A DNA stretch of 62,632 bases from an uncultured Bacilli bacterium (GTDB taxonomy: Bacteria > Bacillota_I > Bacilli_A > RF39 > UBA660): contig CANQZN010000001.1 of NCBI GenBank assembly GCA_947628365.1, forward strand, positions 1-62,632, given 5' to 3'. The position numbers and the translations under genes were made by a program. The stretch's first letter is position 1. Each line of letters starts with the position of its first letter. The notes under the pieces were generated by a model. It saw only the letters and a list, made by a program, of their open reading frames with translations. It made no database searches and was not told the origin of the DNA. Shown here one piece after another: positions 38,384 through 48,161 of the stretch.

Positions 38384-39661
38384 ATGAAGAAAATAGTGGG
38401 TATTTTAATAGTAATTTTATTAGGTGTATGTTTGTTAAAACCAAAAGAAAAGGAAAAGTTAGATAATGTCATATTGAAACAAGAGGTTAATAATAAAACA
38501 TTTGCTATGTATAAAGAAGAAGGTGATAGTTATGTTCCAGTGGTAGACACTAAATTTCCAGAAGGCTATGCTTTAAATGTAACGAAGTCAAATTGTATAG
38601 ATAATAATGGCAATGAAATAAAAGATGCGTTAAGTTATGAAAATGGAGAAGTTACAATAACCAGTGGGAAAACAATTTATTGTTATTTATATTTTGATAA
38701 AACTCTTGGAGTTGAGATAAAAGAAAAAGAACCGAAAGGTTTAAAAACAGATGCTATAAGAGGAGCAATGTATAGATATCAAGGTCAAGCAAAAGATGAA
38801 AACAATAATGAATTAGTAAATAATTATATATGCTTTGGAACAAGCGATTTGAAAGAATGTACAGCTAATCTAGATAAATATATGTACAGAATAATAGGAA
38901 TAGAGGCATCTACTGGAAGAGTAAAAGTAATAAAGAAGGAAGCATTAAATAAAACAATAAATTGGTATGATAACTATGATGAAGATATAGAATTTCCCAA
39001 AAGTAATATATATAATGCAATAAATGGAGAAGATTTTTTAAAAAACAAGGAATATATTCCAAATGGATGGATAGATAAAATATCAGATAATACATGGATA
39101 TACGGAGATATGCGGAGTATTGATTCATTAGAAGCAAATCAAACTGGAGAAGAATTGTATAAAATCGAAAATGGTCAAAAAGAAACCCAATGGTATAATC
39201 ATGCAACCCCAGATACTCCAAATGTACAATCAGCAAAAGTAAATAATGAAATATCCAAGCATAAGGGGGAAATAGTATATTATACAGAAGAAAGTGGAAC
39301 TTGGACAGATACATTTACTGGAAAAGTAAGTCTAATGTATCTTCATGATTATTATTACTCAGTAAGTGATGAAACTAACAGCGAAGATTGTGGAAACGAC
39401 AGTGAGTGTAAGACAAGCTGGATATATTTAAGTCAAAATGATATTAATGCGCCGAGTTGTAATGAATGGACAATGTCGCGCTATGGTTGGGATATTAATG
39501 GTGGTTGGTTCGTTGGGCACGATGTGGGTAGTACAGGCTATACGGGCAATTCGTATGCGATTAGCGTTTTTTCCGTGCGTCCAGTCTTCTATCTTACATC
39601 CGTAAATCAATTATCGGGTGGAATTGGAACATTAGAAGATCCTTTTATCATAAAATCTTAA
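38384..39661 (+). CDS. Membrane-anchored surface protein, full-length paralogue of 7624-8934
   Basis: Start moved to MKKIVGILIV (aligns with the paralogue N-termini). Shares the LDNVILKQEVNNKTFAMYKEEG block and the C-terminal domain blocks. Confidence 0.75.
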   Translation: MKKIVGILIVILLGVCLLKPKEKEKLDNVILKQEVNNKTFAMYKEEGDSYVPVVDTKFPEGYALNVTKSNCIDNNGNEIKDALSYENGEVTITSGKTIYCYLYFDKTLGVEIKEKEPKGLKTDAIRGAMYRYQGQAKDENNNELVNNYICFGTSDLKECTANLDKYMYRIIGIEASTGRVKVIKKEALNKTINWYDNYDEDIEFPKSNIYNAINGEDFLKNKEYIPNGWIDKISDNTWIYGDMRSIDSLEANQTGEELYKIENGQKETQWYNHATPDTPNVQSAKVNNEISKHKGEIVYYTEESGTWTDTFTGKVSLMYLHDYYYSVSDETNSEDCGNDSECKTSWIYLSQNDINAPSCNEWTMSRYGWDINGGWFVGHDVGSTGYTGNSYAISVFSVRPVFYLTSVNQLSGGIGTLEDPFIIKS

Positions 39662-39744
39662 AATATTTCAACTTGAATTGCTATTTAACTTGTGTTAAAC
39701 TTAACTTAATTAACGAGGAATTTGTTAAAAGGTAATTATGAATT

Positions 39745-39915
39745 ATTTAAAGAGAGTTAGTATTTGGTGTAAGCTAATAATATGAAATAATTAGGTATGG
39801 GCAAAGGAGTTAAATCGCAGAGGTGCGTTAAAATATTAAGTGTATGATTTAATCATAAATAAGGGTGGTACCACGGGTAATACTCGTCCCTACTTTTATT
39901 TATGATTTTTATTTT
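39745..39915 (+). promoter_or_regulatory. T-box riboswitch leader, candidate Met (AUG) specifier
   Basis: AGAGAG/AGTA stem-I elements (39751-39763), ATG followed by A at 39782-39785, and the T-box sequence AATAAGGGTGGTACCACGG (39858-39876). A T-rich tract runs up to the GGAGG of the next ORF. metG is downstream. Confidence 0.75.
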
Positions 39916-39925
39916 GGAGGTAAAT

Positions 39926-40417
39926 ATGGATAGATATTTTGAAAAGATAAGTTTTGAACAATTTAAAAAAGATATTAAAAATGACAGAAAGTTATATGAA
40001 GAATATCAATTACCAGTAAGAAAAACAAAGCATAGTGCTGGATATGATTTTAAAGCCATTGAAGATTTTGAGATTGCACCCGGTGAGGTAAAGAAAATTC
40101 CTACTGGTTATAAGGCAAAATATTTAGAAGACGAAATGCTTATAATAGTAGTAAGAAGCAGTGTTGGTTTTAAATATAATGTTCGTATGACTAATCAAGT
40201 AGGTATTATAGATAGTGATTTTTATAATAACGAAGAAAATGAAGGTCATATGTTTGTATCTTTACAAAATGAAGGAGATAAAGTATTTAAAGTAAAAAAA
40301 GGTGAAGGTTATGCTCAAGGAATTTTTGTTAAGTATCTAACTTGTGGTGAAGAGGTTGATACGAAGAGAACTAGTTGGACTGGTAACCCAAAAAAGGAAG
40401 GAAATGAAAATGAATAA
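39926..40417 (+). CDS. dut: dUTP diphosphatase (trimeric dUTPase family)
   Basis: SAGYDF, VRSSVG, GIIDSDF motifs. Start set at the ATG after GGAGG. Confidence 0.8.
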   Translation: MDRYFEKISFEQFKKDIKNDRKLYEEYQLPVRKTKHSAGYDFKAIEDFEIAPGEVKKIPTGYKAKYLEDEMLIIVVRSSVGFKYNVRMTNQVGIIDSDFYNNEENEGHMFVSLQNEGDKVFKVKKGEGYAQGIFVKYLTCGEEVDTKRTSWTGNPKKEGNENE

Positions 40418-41933
40418 AAAATATTATATTACAACCCCAATTTATTATCCCAGTGCGGAATTTCACATTGGTCATTGCTATACAACAATTATTGCTGATG
40501 CAATTGCAAGATATAAAAGACTTGCTGGCTATGATGTTTTTTTCCAAACGGGAACTGATGAACACGGGCTAAAAATTGAAACTAAGGCTAAAGAAAAGGG
40601 AGTAACTCCTAAAGAATATGTTGATGAGATTATTGCTAATGCAAAAGATTTATGGCAACAATTAAATATTTCTTATGATTATTTTATTAGAACAACTGAT
40701 GAGCATCACATGACAAGAGTTCAAGAAATATTTAAAAAGTTATATGATAAAGGTGATATTTATAAAGGAGAATATAAAGGGCTTTATTGTGTACCTTGTG
40801 AGTCTTTTTGGACTGAAAGTCAATTAGTTGACGGAAAATGTCCAGATTGTGGTAGAGATGTTAACTTAGTTGCAGAAGAAGCATACTTTTTTAGATTAAG
40901 TAAGTATCAAAAACAATTAGAAGATTTTTATGAACAAAACCCCGATTTTATTGCACCAGTTTCGCGAAAAAATGAAATGTTAAATAATTTTATCCGTCCG
41001 GGGCTAGAAGATTTATGTGTATCAAGAACTAGTTTTAAATGGGGAATACCAGTTACTTTTGACGAAAAACATGTTATTTATGTTTGGATAGATGCATTAA
41101 CTAACTATATTACTAGTTTAGGTTATCCAGATATTACTCCAGAATTTGAAAAATATTGGCCAGCTGACTTACATTTAGTTGGTAAAGAAATAGTTCGTTT
41201 CCATACCATTATTTGGCCAGCCTTATTAATGGCTTTAGATTTACCATTACCTAAAAAAGTATTTGGCCATGGTTGGTTAATTATTGACGGTGGTAAGATT
41301 AGTAAAAGTTTAGGTAATTATAAAGATCCAAGAGAATACATTAATGCTTATGGTGTTGATGCAGTTCGTTATTTTGCTTTAAGAGAAGTACCTTTTGGTA
41401 GTGACGGCAATTTTTCTGAAAGTTCTCTTATTACAAGAACTAATGCTGATTTATGTAACATTTTAGGTAATTTGGTAAGTAGAACTATTCAAATGGGTAT
41501 TAAATATTTTGACGGTAATGTTAAAAACCCTAAAGTTTATGCTGACATAGACGAAGATTTAAAAAATAGTGTTAATACTTTAAAAGATAAAGTTGACCAA
41601 AAAATAGAAGAATTAAAAATTAATGAAGCTTTAGAGGAAATCTTTGATGTCCTTCGTAAATGTAATAAATATATTGACGATACAACACCTTGGGTACTTG
41701 CTAAAGACGAGGAAAACAAGACAAGATTAGAAACAGTTTTATATAATTTACTTGAGGCAATTAGAGTATGTGCAACAATACTTCAAGCATTTATTCCCGA
41801 AACTGCTGATAAAATCTTTAAAGGTTTAAAGATAGATAATAATAATTTTGATAATATATATGAAAGTGTATTTGAATATCAATTAGGTAGTGAAAAACCC
41901 GCAAACTTATTTGAAAGGATCAAAGAGGAATAA
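40410..41933 (+). CDS. metG: Methionine-tRNA ligase (short form)
   Basis: HIGH motif (EFHIGHCY), KISKS, and Zn knuckles CVPCE...CPDCG. Start ATG at 40410 (or 40404) overlaps the dut stop. Confidence 0.93.
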   Translation: MNKKYYITTPIYYPSAEFHIGHCYTTIIADAIARYKRLAGYDVFFQTGTDEHGLKIETKAKEKGVTPKEYVDEIIANAKDLWQQLNISYDYFIRTTDEHHMTRVQEIFKKLYDKGDIYKGEYKGLYCVPCESFWTESQLVDGKCPDCGRDVNLVAEEAYFFRLSKYQKQLEDFYEQNPDFIAPVSRKNEMLNNFIRPGLEDLCVSRTSFKWGIPVTFDEKHVIYVWIDALTNYITSLGYPDITPEFEKYWPADLHLVGKEIVRFHTIIWPALLMALDLPLPKKVFGHGWLIIDGGKISKSLGNYKDPREYINAYGVDAVRYFALREVPFGSDGNFSESSLITRTNADLCNILGNLVSRTIQMGIKYFDGNVKNPKVYADIDEDLKNSVNTLKDKVDQKIEELKINEALEEIFDVLRKCNKYIDDTTPWVLAKDEENKTRLETVLYNLLEAIRVCATILQAFIPETADKIFKGLKIDNNNFDNIYESVFEYQLGSEKPANLFERIKEE

Positions 41934-42694
41934 TGTTTACTGATAGTCATTGTCATATTTATTCCGAATATTATCCTAATATTGAAGAGGCTATCAATAA
42001 TGCAGTAAGTAATAAAGTAAATAGATTTCTTAATAATGGCTGTGATAGAAAAACTTGTGAAGAGGTCTTAAAACTAATAGATATTTATCCTAATATGTAT
42101 GGTGCTATAGGTATTCACCCAGAAAATGTTAATGATTATAAGATAGATGATTTAAAATTTATTGAAGATAATTTAAATAATAAAAAGGTTGTAGCAATTG
42201 GAGAAATAGGACTTGATTATCACTATACTAAAGAGGATAAAGATAAACAAATAAGTTTATTTGAAAAAGAATTATCTTTAGCGGAAAAATATAATATTCC
42301 TGTAATAATTCATAGTAGAGATGCAACACTAGATACATTAAATATTTTAAAAAAATATAAAGTTAAAGGTATAATTCACTCTTTTTCTGGTAGTCTAGAA
42401 ACTGCTTTAGAGTATATTAAAATGGGTTATTTACTAGGAGTTAATGGGGTTATTACTTTTAAAAATGCGAAGATTAAAGATGTTTTTGCAAAAATATCTT
42501 TAGAGTCTATAGTTTTAGAAACAGACTCACCATATTTAACACCAGAACCTTTTCGGGGACACTCAAATGAACCTGCTCATATTATAGAGATTGCTAAATT
42601 TATCTCAGACTTAAAAGGTGTAAGTTTAGAAAGTCTTGCTAAAATAACAAATAATAATTTAAATAAAATGTTTAATTTTAATGTTGATAACTAG
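41933..42694 (+). CDS. tatD: TatD-family metal-dependent DNase/hydrolase
   Basis: FTDSHCH, GEIGLDYH, IHSRDA, ETDSPYL. Confidence 0.9.
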   Translation: MFTDSHCHIYSEYYPNIEEAINNAVSNKVNRFLNNGCDRKTCEEVLKLIDIYPNMYGAIGIHPENVNDYKIDDLKFIEDNLNNKKVVAIGEIGLDYHYTKEDKDKQISLFEKELSLAEKYNIPVIIHSRDATLDTLNILKKYKVKGIIHSFSGSLETALEYIKMGYLLGVNGVITFKNAKIKDVFAKISLESIVLETDSPYLTPEPFRGHSNEPAHIIEIAKFISDLKGVSLESLAKITNNNLNKMFNFNVDN

Positions 42695-42763
42695 TAGGTT
42701 TTCAACATTTTTTCTTGCACTATAAAAGTAGTTAAGGTAAAATAATTTTTGTTGGTGAAAAAA

Positions 42764-43300
42764 ATGGTTAGAAAAAATAAATTAAAAAGTTATTTACAAA
42801 AAGAAATTAGAAATGTTGATGAAGAAAATAAAAGAAGAGAAAATAAGGCTTTAGAGTTAATGAATAAAGAAAAAGAATTATTTAATACTTTAGGCTTGCC
42901 TTCTAATCAAAATAGTGAAGAGTTAGTGGATATTTGGTTTACTTATTTTTTAGATAGTTTATATAAACCTATTTTAACTTTAATTGCATATCATATATTT
43001 GAACTTCAAGACTCGACTTTTCAAGTTAGGTTACAAGAAGGAGTAAGCATTGAAAATGTTATGTTATTAGAGAAAATTAATGAATTTTTAACAAGCTATA
43101 ATTTAGGTAGTATTCAAACAAGAGAGGTAGTAAACTATCAAGAATATACTACTAAAGGTTATTTAGCAGGTAATATTGAAATTAGATTTAGAACAACACT
43201 AGAAAATTTAATTGAAGCCTATGATATGGAAATAAGTAAAATTACTAGTAATTTTGTTGATAATAGATATAAAAAATATATTAGAAATAAGAGAAAATAG
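42764..43300 (+). CDS. Hypothetical protein
   Basis: Open frame. Start set at the ATG after GGTGA. No motif recognised. Confidence 0.45.
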   Translation: MVRKNKLKSYLQKEIRNVDEENKRRENKALELMNKEKELFNTLGLPSNQNSEELVDIWFTYFLDSLYKPILTLIAYHIFELQDSTFQVRLQEGVSIENVMLLEKINEFLTSYNLGSIQTREVVNYQEYTTKGYLAGNIEIRFRTTLENLIEAYDMEISKITSNFVDNRYKKYIRNKRK

Positions 43301-43360
43301 ATATTTTGACAAATAACACTATCTTTTGTATAATTTATATAGCATAAAAGAAGGTGAAAG

Positions 43361-43891
43361 ATGAAAAACATTATTTTAAACACTATAAGATTTAGTCTAT
43401 TAATTGTTTTTGTTGTCATCTCTTCAAGTTATGTTCATATAATGGAAAATAAAACTTATAGTAATAATATTAATAAAAATGTTAATTTATCTACCATGGC
43501 TTTAAAAGTTGATGAATTTAAAAGTAATGATATTTATAGTGTTAAAGATACATTTACTGGTGATTTAACTGGTTATGTTTATAATTGTCCATTATGTAAT
43601 GGTCATTTAGGTTGTTTATATAATTATAATGTTATGGACGGTACTACTACCTATGATGATGAGGTATATGGTAAAGTAAGAATAGTAGCATCTTCTAAAA
43701 ATTTAGCGTGTGGAACTATTGTTAGATTTAATACAGATAGAATTTCTAATGATCCAGTGTATGCCATTGTTTTAGATCGTGGCGTTTATGGTAATGCTCT
43801 AGATTTATTAAGTGAAGATTTAAATTATGCTTTAACTCTTGGTAGAAGCACTATAACTTACGATGTATTAAGGGAAGGATGGGGTAAATAA
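43361..43891 (+). CDS. Membrane-anchored 3D-domain (YabE/RlpA-like fold) protein
   Basis: N-terminal TM, CPLCNGHLGC, and IVASSKNLACGTIVRF...YAIVLDRG typical of 3D domains. Occupies the yabE position before ksgA. Confidence 0.5.
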   Translation: MKNIILNTIRFSLLIVFVVISSSYVHIMENKTYSNNINKNVNLSTMALKVDEFKSNDIYSVKDTFTGDLTGYVYNCPLCNGHLGCLYNYNVMDGTTTYDDEVYGKVRIVASSKNLACGTIVRFNTDRISNDPVYAIVLDRGVYGNALDLLSEDLNYALTLGRSTITYDVLREGWGK

Positions 43892-43906
43892 GCCCCTTTT
43901 TTATTT

Positions 43907-44680
43907 ATGATGAAAGCAAAGAAAAGTTTAGGTCAAAATTTTTTAATTGATAATAATGTTATTAAGGAAATTAGTGGTGCAATTAATGCGAGTGTTAATG
44001 ATTTAATTATTGAGATAGGTCCCGGAAGAGGTGCTTTAACTAAAGAGTTAAAAGAAAAACATGCTAATTTAATATGTTATGAAATAGATACTGATTTAAA
44101 ACCATATTTAAATAGTTTAGAAGATGATAGTACAATAATTAAGTATCAAGATATTTTAAATAGTAATATAGAAGAAGATATTAAAGATATAACTTATAAT
44201 AATTTATATATTGTCGGTAATTTACCTTATTATATAACGACACCAATTATAAAATATTTAATTAATTTAAATATAGATATTAAAGAAATGGTATTTATGG
44301 TGCAAGAAGAAGTAGCGGATCGTTTTTCTTCCATGCCCGGTAGTAAAGATTACAGTGCAATTACCCTATATTTAAATTATTATTATCAAGTAGAAAAATT
44401 ATTTAGGGTTAGTAAAAAATGTTTTAACCCAATACCTAAAGTAGAAAGTGCAATAATTAAACTTAAAAAAAGAGAAAATAGACCAAATGTTAATACTGCT
44501 AAATATTTTGCTTTATTAAGTGATGCTTTTAAAATGAAAAGAAAAACTTTAAAAAATAATTTAGCTAATTATGATTATTCAAAAATACAAGCTGTGTTAG
44601 ATAAGCATGGTTTAAGTAGTAATGTAAGAGCAGAACAAATAAGTGAAGAGATATTTGTAGAAATTGTAAATAATCTATAA
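43907..44680 (+). CDS. rsmA: 16S rRNA (adenine1518/1519-N6)-dimethyltransferase
   Basis: KKSLGQNFL, EIGPGRGALT, VGNLPYYI. Confidence 0.93.
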   Translation: MMKAKKSLGQNFLIDNNVIKEISGAINASVNDLIIEIGPGRGALTKELKEKHANLICYEIDTDLKPYLNSLEDDSTIIKYQDILNSNIEEDIKDITYNNLYIVGNLPYYITTPIIKYLINLNIDIKEMVFMVQEEVADRFSSMPGSKDYSAITLYLNYYYQVEKLFRVSKKCFNPIPKVESAIIKLKKRENRPNVNTAKYFALLSDAFKMKRKTLKNNLANYDYSKIQAVLDKHGLSSNVRAEQISEEIFVEIVNNL

Positions 44681-44751
44681 AATTCTAGAGAAAAGCGCTA
44701 TAAAAAGTGCTTTTTTTATGGTTAAAAACATATATTTTACTGGTGATATTT

Positions 44752-45531
44752 GTGGATATTAATAAAGGGGATTTTGTGACAAGGAAAAGTTATAATCACG
44801 ATACAGTTTTTAAAGTTATAAATATCAAAGATGGAATATATTATTTAAAAGGTGCTGAGGTAAGATTATATGCTGATAGTGATTTTAACGATTTAGTTAA
44901 ATGTGAAAAACCAAAAGAAGAAGATTTTAAAGAAGAAGATAGAAATAGTAAAATTAAAGATAAAGAAAAAGACGATTATTTTTATTTACCCGGTAAAATC
45001 TTACATATAGATGGCGATAATGAATATTTAGAAAAATGTTTAAAGTTTTATAAATATGCAGGAGTTTATGCCATTGGGAAAAAGATTAAAGAAGAAGATA
45101 TGTATGAACAAGTGGTTTTATTATTAAAAGAATATAAACCAGATATTTTAATTATAACTGGTCATGATGCTTATTATAAGAAAAAAGGTAGTATTACCGA
45201 TAACGAAAACTATAAAAATACCAAAAACTTTATTAAAGCAGTAAAAGCAGCCAGAAATTATGAGAAAAGCCATGAAAAATTAGTGATTATCGCGGGTGCT
45301 TGTCAAAGTAATTATGAAGAATTAATTAAAGCGGGAGCTAATTATGCATCTAGTCCAAAAAGAGTTAATATTCATGCTTTAGATCCAGCCATTATTGCGG
45401 TGACAATTGCCTTAACTGAAAGAAATAAAGAAATAAATTTAAAGGAAACCTTAGAAAAAACTAAGTATGGTAAAGATGGTATGGGAGGTATCATGGGTAA
45501 TGGTCTTATGTATGTGGGGTATCCAAGATAA
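44752..45531 (+). CDS. yabG: Sporulation-specific protease YabG
   Basis: ILHIDGD, PDILIITGHDAY, IIAGACQSNYE, ANYASSPKRVNIHALDP. The start is uncertain (GTG 44752 or later GTG). Confidence 0.85.
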   Translation: MDINKGDFVTRKSYNHDTVFKVINIKDGIYYLKGAEVRLYADSDFNDLVKCEKPKEEDFKEEDRNSKIKDKEKDDYFYLPGKILHIDGDNEYLEKCLKFYKYAGVYAIGKKIKEEDMYEQVVLLLKEYKPDILIITGHDAYYKKKGSITDNENYKNTKNFIKAVKAARNYEKSHEKLVIIAGACQSNYEELIKAGANYASSPKRVNIHALDPAIIAVTIALTERNKEINLKETLEKTKYGKDGMGGIMGNGLMYVGYPR

Positions 45532-45743
45532 TGAATATTGATTTAGTAAAAGAAAAAATTAATCAAAATTTAAATAAAAAAGTTGTTGTTACTGTGTATG
45601 GGCTTCGTAATAAAATAAATCGTTATGAAGGAATTTTATATAAAACTTACCCTAATATTTTTAGTATCATTAATAATGGCGTAGAAAAAAGTTTTTCTTA
45701 TAATGACTATATAACTGGGGATATTAAAATTAAATTCTTCTAA
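45531..45743 (+). CDS. veg: Veg protein
   Basis: 70 aa. EGILYKTYPNIFSI parallels B. subtilis Veg SGILAETYPSVFVI. Follows yabG. Confidence 0.8.
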   Translation: MNIDLVKEKINQNLNKKVVVTVYGLRNKINRYEGILYKTYPNIFSIINNGVEKSFSYNDYITGDIKIKFF

Positions 45744-45842
45744 TTCATTAGTGCCAAATTTTGTTAAAAATAGTTGCAAAATGCTAGTTAATGATTTAAA
45801 ATTAAATTAGATTGTGAAAGTCAAGATAAGGAGTGAAAATTT

Positions 45843-46112
45843 ATGGAAATTACTAAAGTACGCGTTCACAAAGTTGATAGAGAAGGTTCTAGACTTAAGG
45901 GTTATGCAACTGTAACTATTGACGATTGCTTTGTTGTAAGCAATATTAGAATTATAGAAGGAGAAAACAGATTATTTTGCGCTATGCCTAGTCGTAAAGT
46001 AAATGATGATAAATTTGAAGATATTGTTCATCCAACTAATGCTGAAACAAGAGAAATGTTTGAATCTAAAATTTTAGAAGAATACAATAATCCAACAACT
46101 GATGCTGAATAA
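45843..46112 (+). CDS. spoVG: Septation/sporulation regulator SpoVG
   Basis: MEITKVRVHKVDREGSRLKGYATVTIDDCFVV...FCAMPSRK. Confidence 0.93.
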   Translation: MEITKVRVHKVDREGSRLKGYATVTIDDCFVVSNIRIIEGENRLFCAMPSRKVNDDKFEDIVHPTNAETREMFESKILEEYNNPTTDAE

Positions 46113-46120
46113 GGTATATT

Positions 46121-46483
46121 ATGACTCAAGAAGTTTATGAAAAAATATATAATCATGTAGTTAATTCTTTATATGATCCAGCATTTGGGCTTAGAATTAA
46201 ATATACAAGTGAAAATGCTACTAGAGAAATAGACGAAGCATTAAACTTACAAGTATATGAATATATGGTTAGTGATAAAGTACAAGAAAAAGCTATAGTT
46301 GATAGAATAATTGCTCAAGGTGTAAAACTTGCTCAAAGTTTTCAAAATACAATTACAGCAGAAAATTTAGAAAGCTTTTTAACTCTATCAGTGTTGGATA
46401 GAATGGCTAGAGATGCATTTAATGCAATTCGTGCTGAAGAAGAAGCCAAAAAAGAATCAATGAATCAACAACCAAAAAAATGA
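46121..46483 (+). CDS. Hypothetical protein
   Basis: Open frame tightly following spoVG. No motif recognised. Confidence 0.45.
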   Translation: MTQEVYEKIYNHVVNSLYDPAFGLRIKYTSENATREIDEALNLQVYEYMVSDKVQEKAIVDRIIAQGVKLAQSFQNTITAENLESFLTLSVLDRMARDAFNAIRAEEEAKKESMNQQPKK

Positions 46484-46501
46484 CCTCAATGGTCATTTTT
46501 T
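46474..46501. terminator. Bidirectional intrinsic terminator between convergent genes
   Basis: A7-ATGACC-TCAAT-GGTCAT-T6, lying between the stop codons at 46483 and 46500. Confidence 0.7.
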
Positions 46502-47399
46502 AGTTGAAAGTATCTTTGAATAATTTTCTAAACTTTTCTAAATCAAAATCAGTTGAAACATATATATTACTTTTAGAGGTTAAGGTTATTTCACAAATAC
46601 CCTTATCTGGGCCTTCTGTTATTACATTAGCATTACATGGGGTAAATTTAACTATAGACTCATCAATAATAGAGGCAATAGTAGTAGGATCTGGTGTACC
46701 TAAACCAACAGTGCCATATCTTTCATAACTAAATTCCATATATTTTTTAGCAATTAAATTTAAAAATCTTGATATTAACTCATCTGAATTTGCTAAACTT
46801 TCAATGTAATCTTTTTCAATAAATGATTTAACCCCAATTTCGTGAGTAACAGCTTTAATATTTTTAAAAGGTGATGTGAACACTAATTTAGCACCTTCCG
46901 GATCAACTGATACATTAAATTCTAAGTAAGGTTTTTCATGGGCATTAACATAACTTGTTCCCATAACAATGACATGTTTTAATCTTTTTGGTAAATCTTT
47001 GTCTTTTCTTATGGCATTTGCTAGATTAGTAAGTGGGCCTAAACAAACAAAGGTTAAATTTCCTTTGTATTTTTTCGATGCTTTAATAATAAAGTCTTCC
47101 GCGCTAATGTTTTCAAATTTTCTTTTATTATTGTTTGGGAAAATAGCATAACCTAAACCATCTTTGCCATGAACTTTAGCTCCCTTTTCGAAACAACCTT
47201 CATTAGTAATTTCCCCCTTATATATTTTTATGTTAGTATTTAAGAAATCTTCAATAACCCCAATATTTTTAAAAGCATTATCAAGAGGAATATTACCAGT
47301 AGCAATGGTAAAACCAATGACATCTAAATTGTTTTTAAGCCCAAGCATTATGGCAATAGCATCATCGATTCCTGGATCAGTATCAATTATATATTTCAT
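46500..47399 (-). CDS. Nucleoside hydrolase (IUNH family)
   Basis: The N-terminal DTDPGIDDAIAI signature. Confidence 0.85.
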   Translation of the reverse strand: MKYIIDTDPGIDDAIAIMLGLKNNLDVIGFTIATGNIPLDNAFKNIGVIEDFLNTNIKIYKGEITNEGCFEKGAKVHGKDGLGYAIFPNNNKRKFENISAEDFIIKASKKYKGNLTFVCLGPLTNLANAIRKDKDLPKRLKHVIVMGTSYVNAHEKPYLEFNVSVDPEGAKLVFTSPFKNIKAVTHEIGVKSFIEKDYIESLANSDELISRFLNLIAKKYMEFSYERYGTVGLGTPDPTTIASIIDESIVKFTPCNANVITEGPDKGICEITLTSKSNIYVSTDFDLEKFRKLFKDTFN

Positions 47400-47513
47400 A
47401 ATATCACCTACTAATATTATATATTAATTTTATGATATAGCCAAAATAAAAATCATTAGTTGACATTTGTTCTAAATAGAGGCATTGAAGCATATTTTGT
47501 TTTAGGAGGCAAT

Positions 47514-47804
47514 ATGGAAAATATTATGGATGTTACAAGTTATGGTAGTCATGAAATAAAAATAACCGATAGAAGCATTATAAGTTTAACAGGTATCAAT
47601 AAAATATCTAGTTTTGATGATCAAGAATTTTTAATGGAATCTAATATGGGTGTCATTTTACTTAAGGGTGAAGGATTAGAAATAGTTAAATTAGATACTC
47701 ATGATGGTAATGTCAAAATAAAAGGGAAATTATCTAGTTTTGCATATATTGAAAATATTAAAAAGAATAAAGAAGAAAGTTTATTATCCAAATTGTTTAA
47801 ATAA
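47514..47804 (+). CDS. yabP: Sporulation protein YabP
   Basis: ISLTGINKISSFDDQEFLMESNMGVILLKGEGLEI pattern. Start after AGGAGG. Followed by yabQ and divIC. Confidence 0.8.
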   Translation: MENIMDVTSYGSHEIKITDRSIISLTGINKISSFDDQEFLMESNMGVILLKGEGLEIVKLDTHDGNVKIKGKLSSFAYIENIKKNKEESLLSKLFK

Positions 47805-48106
47805 TGAATAGTAATTTACAATTAATATCTTTTATTGTTTCATTTGGCTTTGGTATCTTTTTCTATTACTTAACTATATTAAACTTTTATTTAATTAAAA
47901 AATTTAAAGTAATAATTCAACATATTTTAACATTTATTTATACCATTGATATGACTATAATTTATATTATTATAATGTATCATTTAAATAAAGGGTATTT
48001 TCATATTTATTTTATTATCATGGTCTTTATTGGCTTTTTTACTGGCTTTATTATAAAAGAAAAATTTGGTAGTAAAATTAATGTCAAGAGAATATTTAAG
48101 CATTGA
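47804..48106 (+). CDS. yabQ: Spore cortex biosynthesis membrane protein YabQ
   Basis: Small three-TM protein whose start overlaps the yabP stop by one base (TAATG). Conserved gene order. Confidence 0.65.
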   Translation: MNSNLQLISFIVSFGFGIFFYYLTILNFYLIKKFKVIIQHILTFIYTIDMTIIYIIIMYHLNKGYFHIYFIIMVFIGFFTGFIIKEKFGSKINVKRIFKH

Positions 48107-48161
48107 ATTTACTTTTTTAGTGTGGTAGTCTTTTAATAGATATGAAAATAGGAAGATTATT

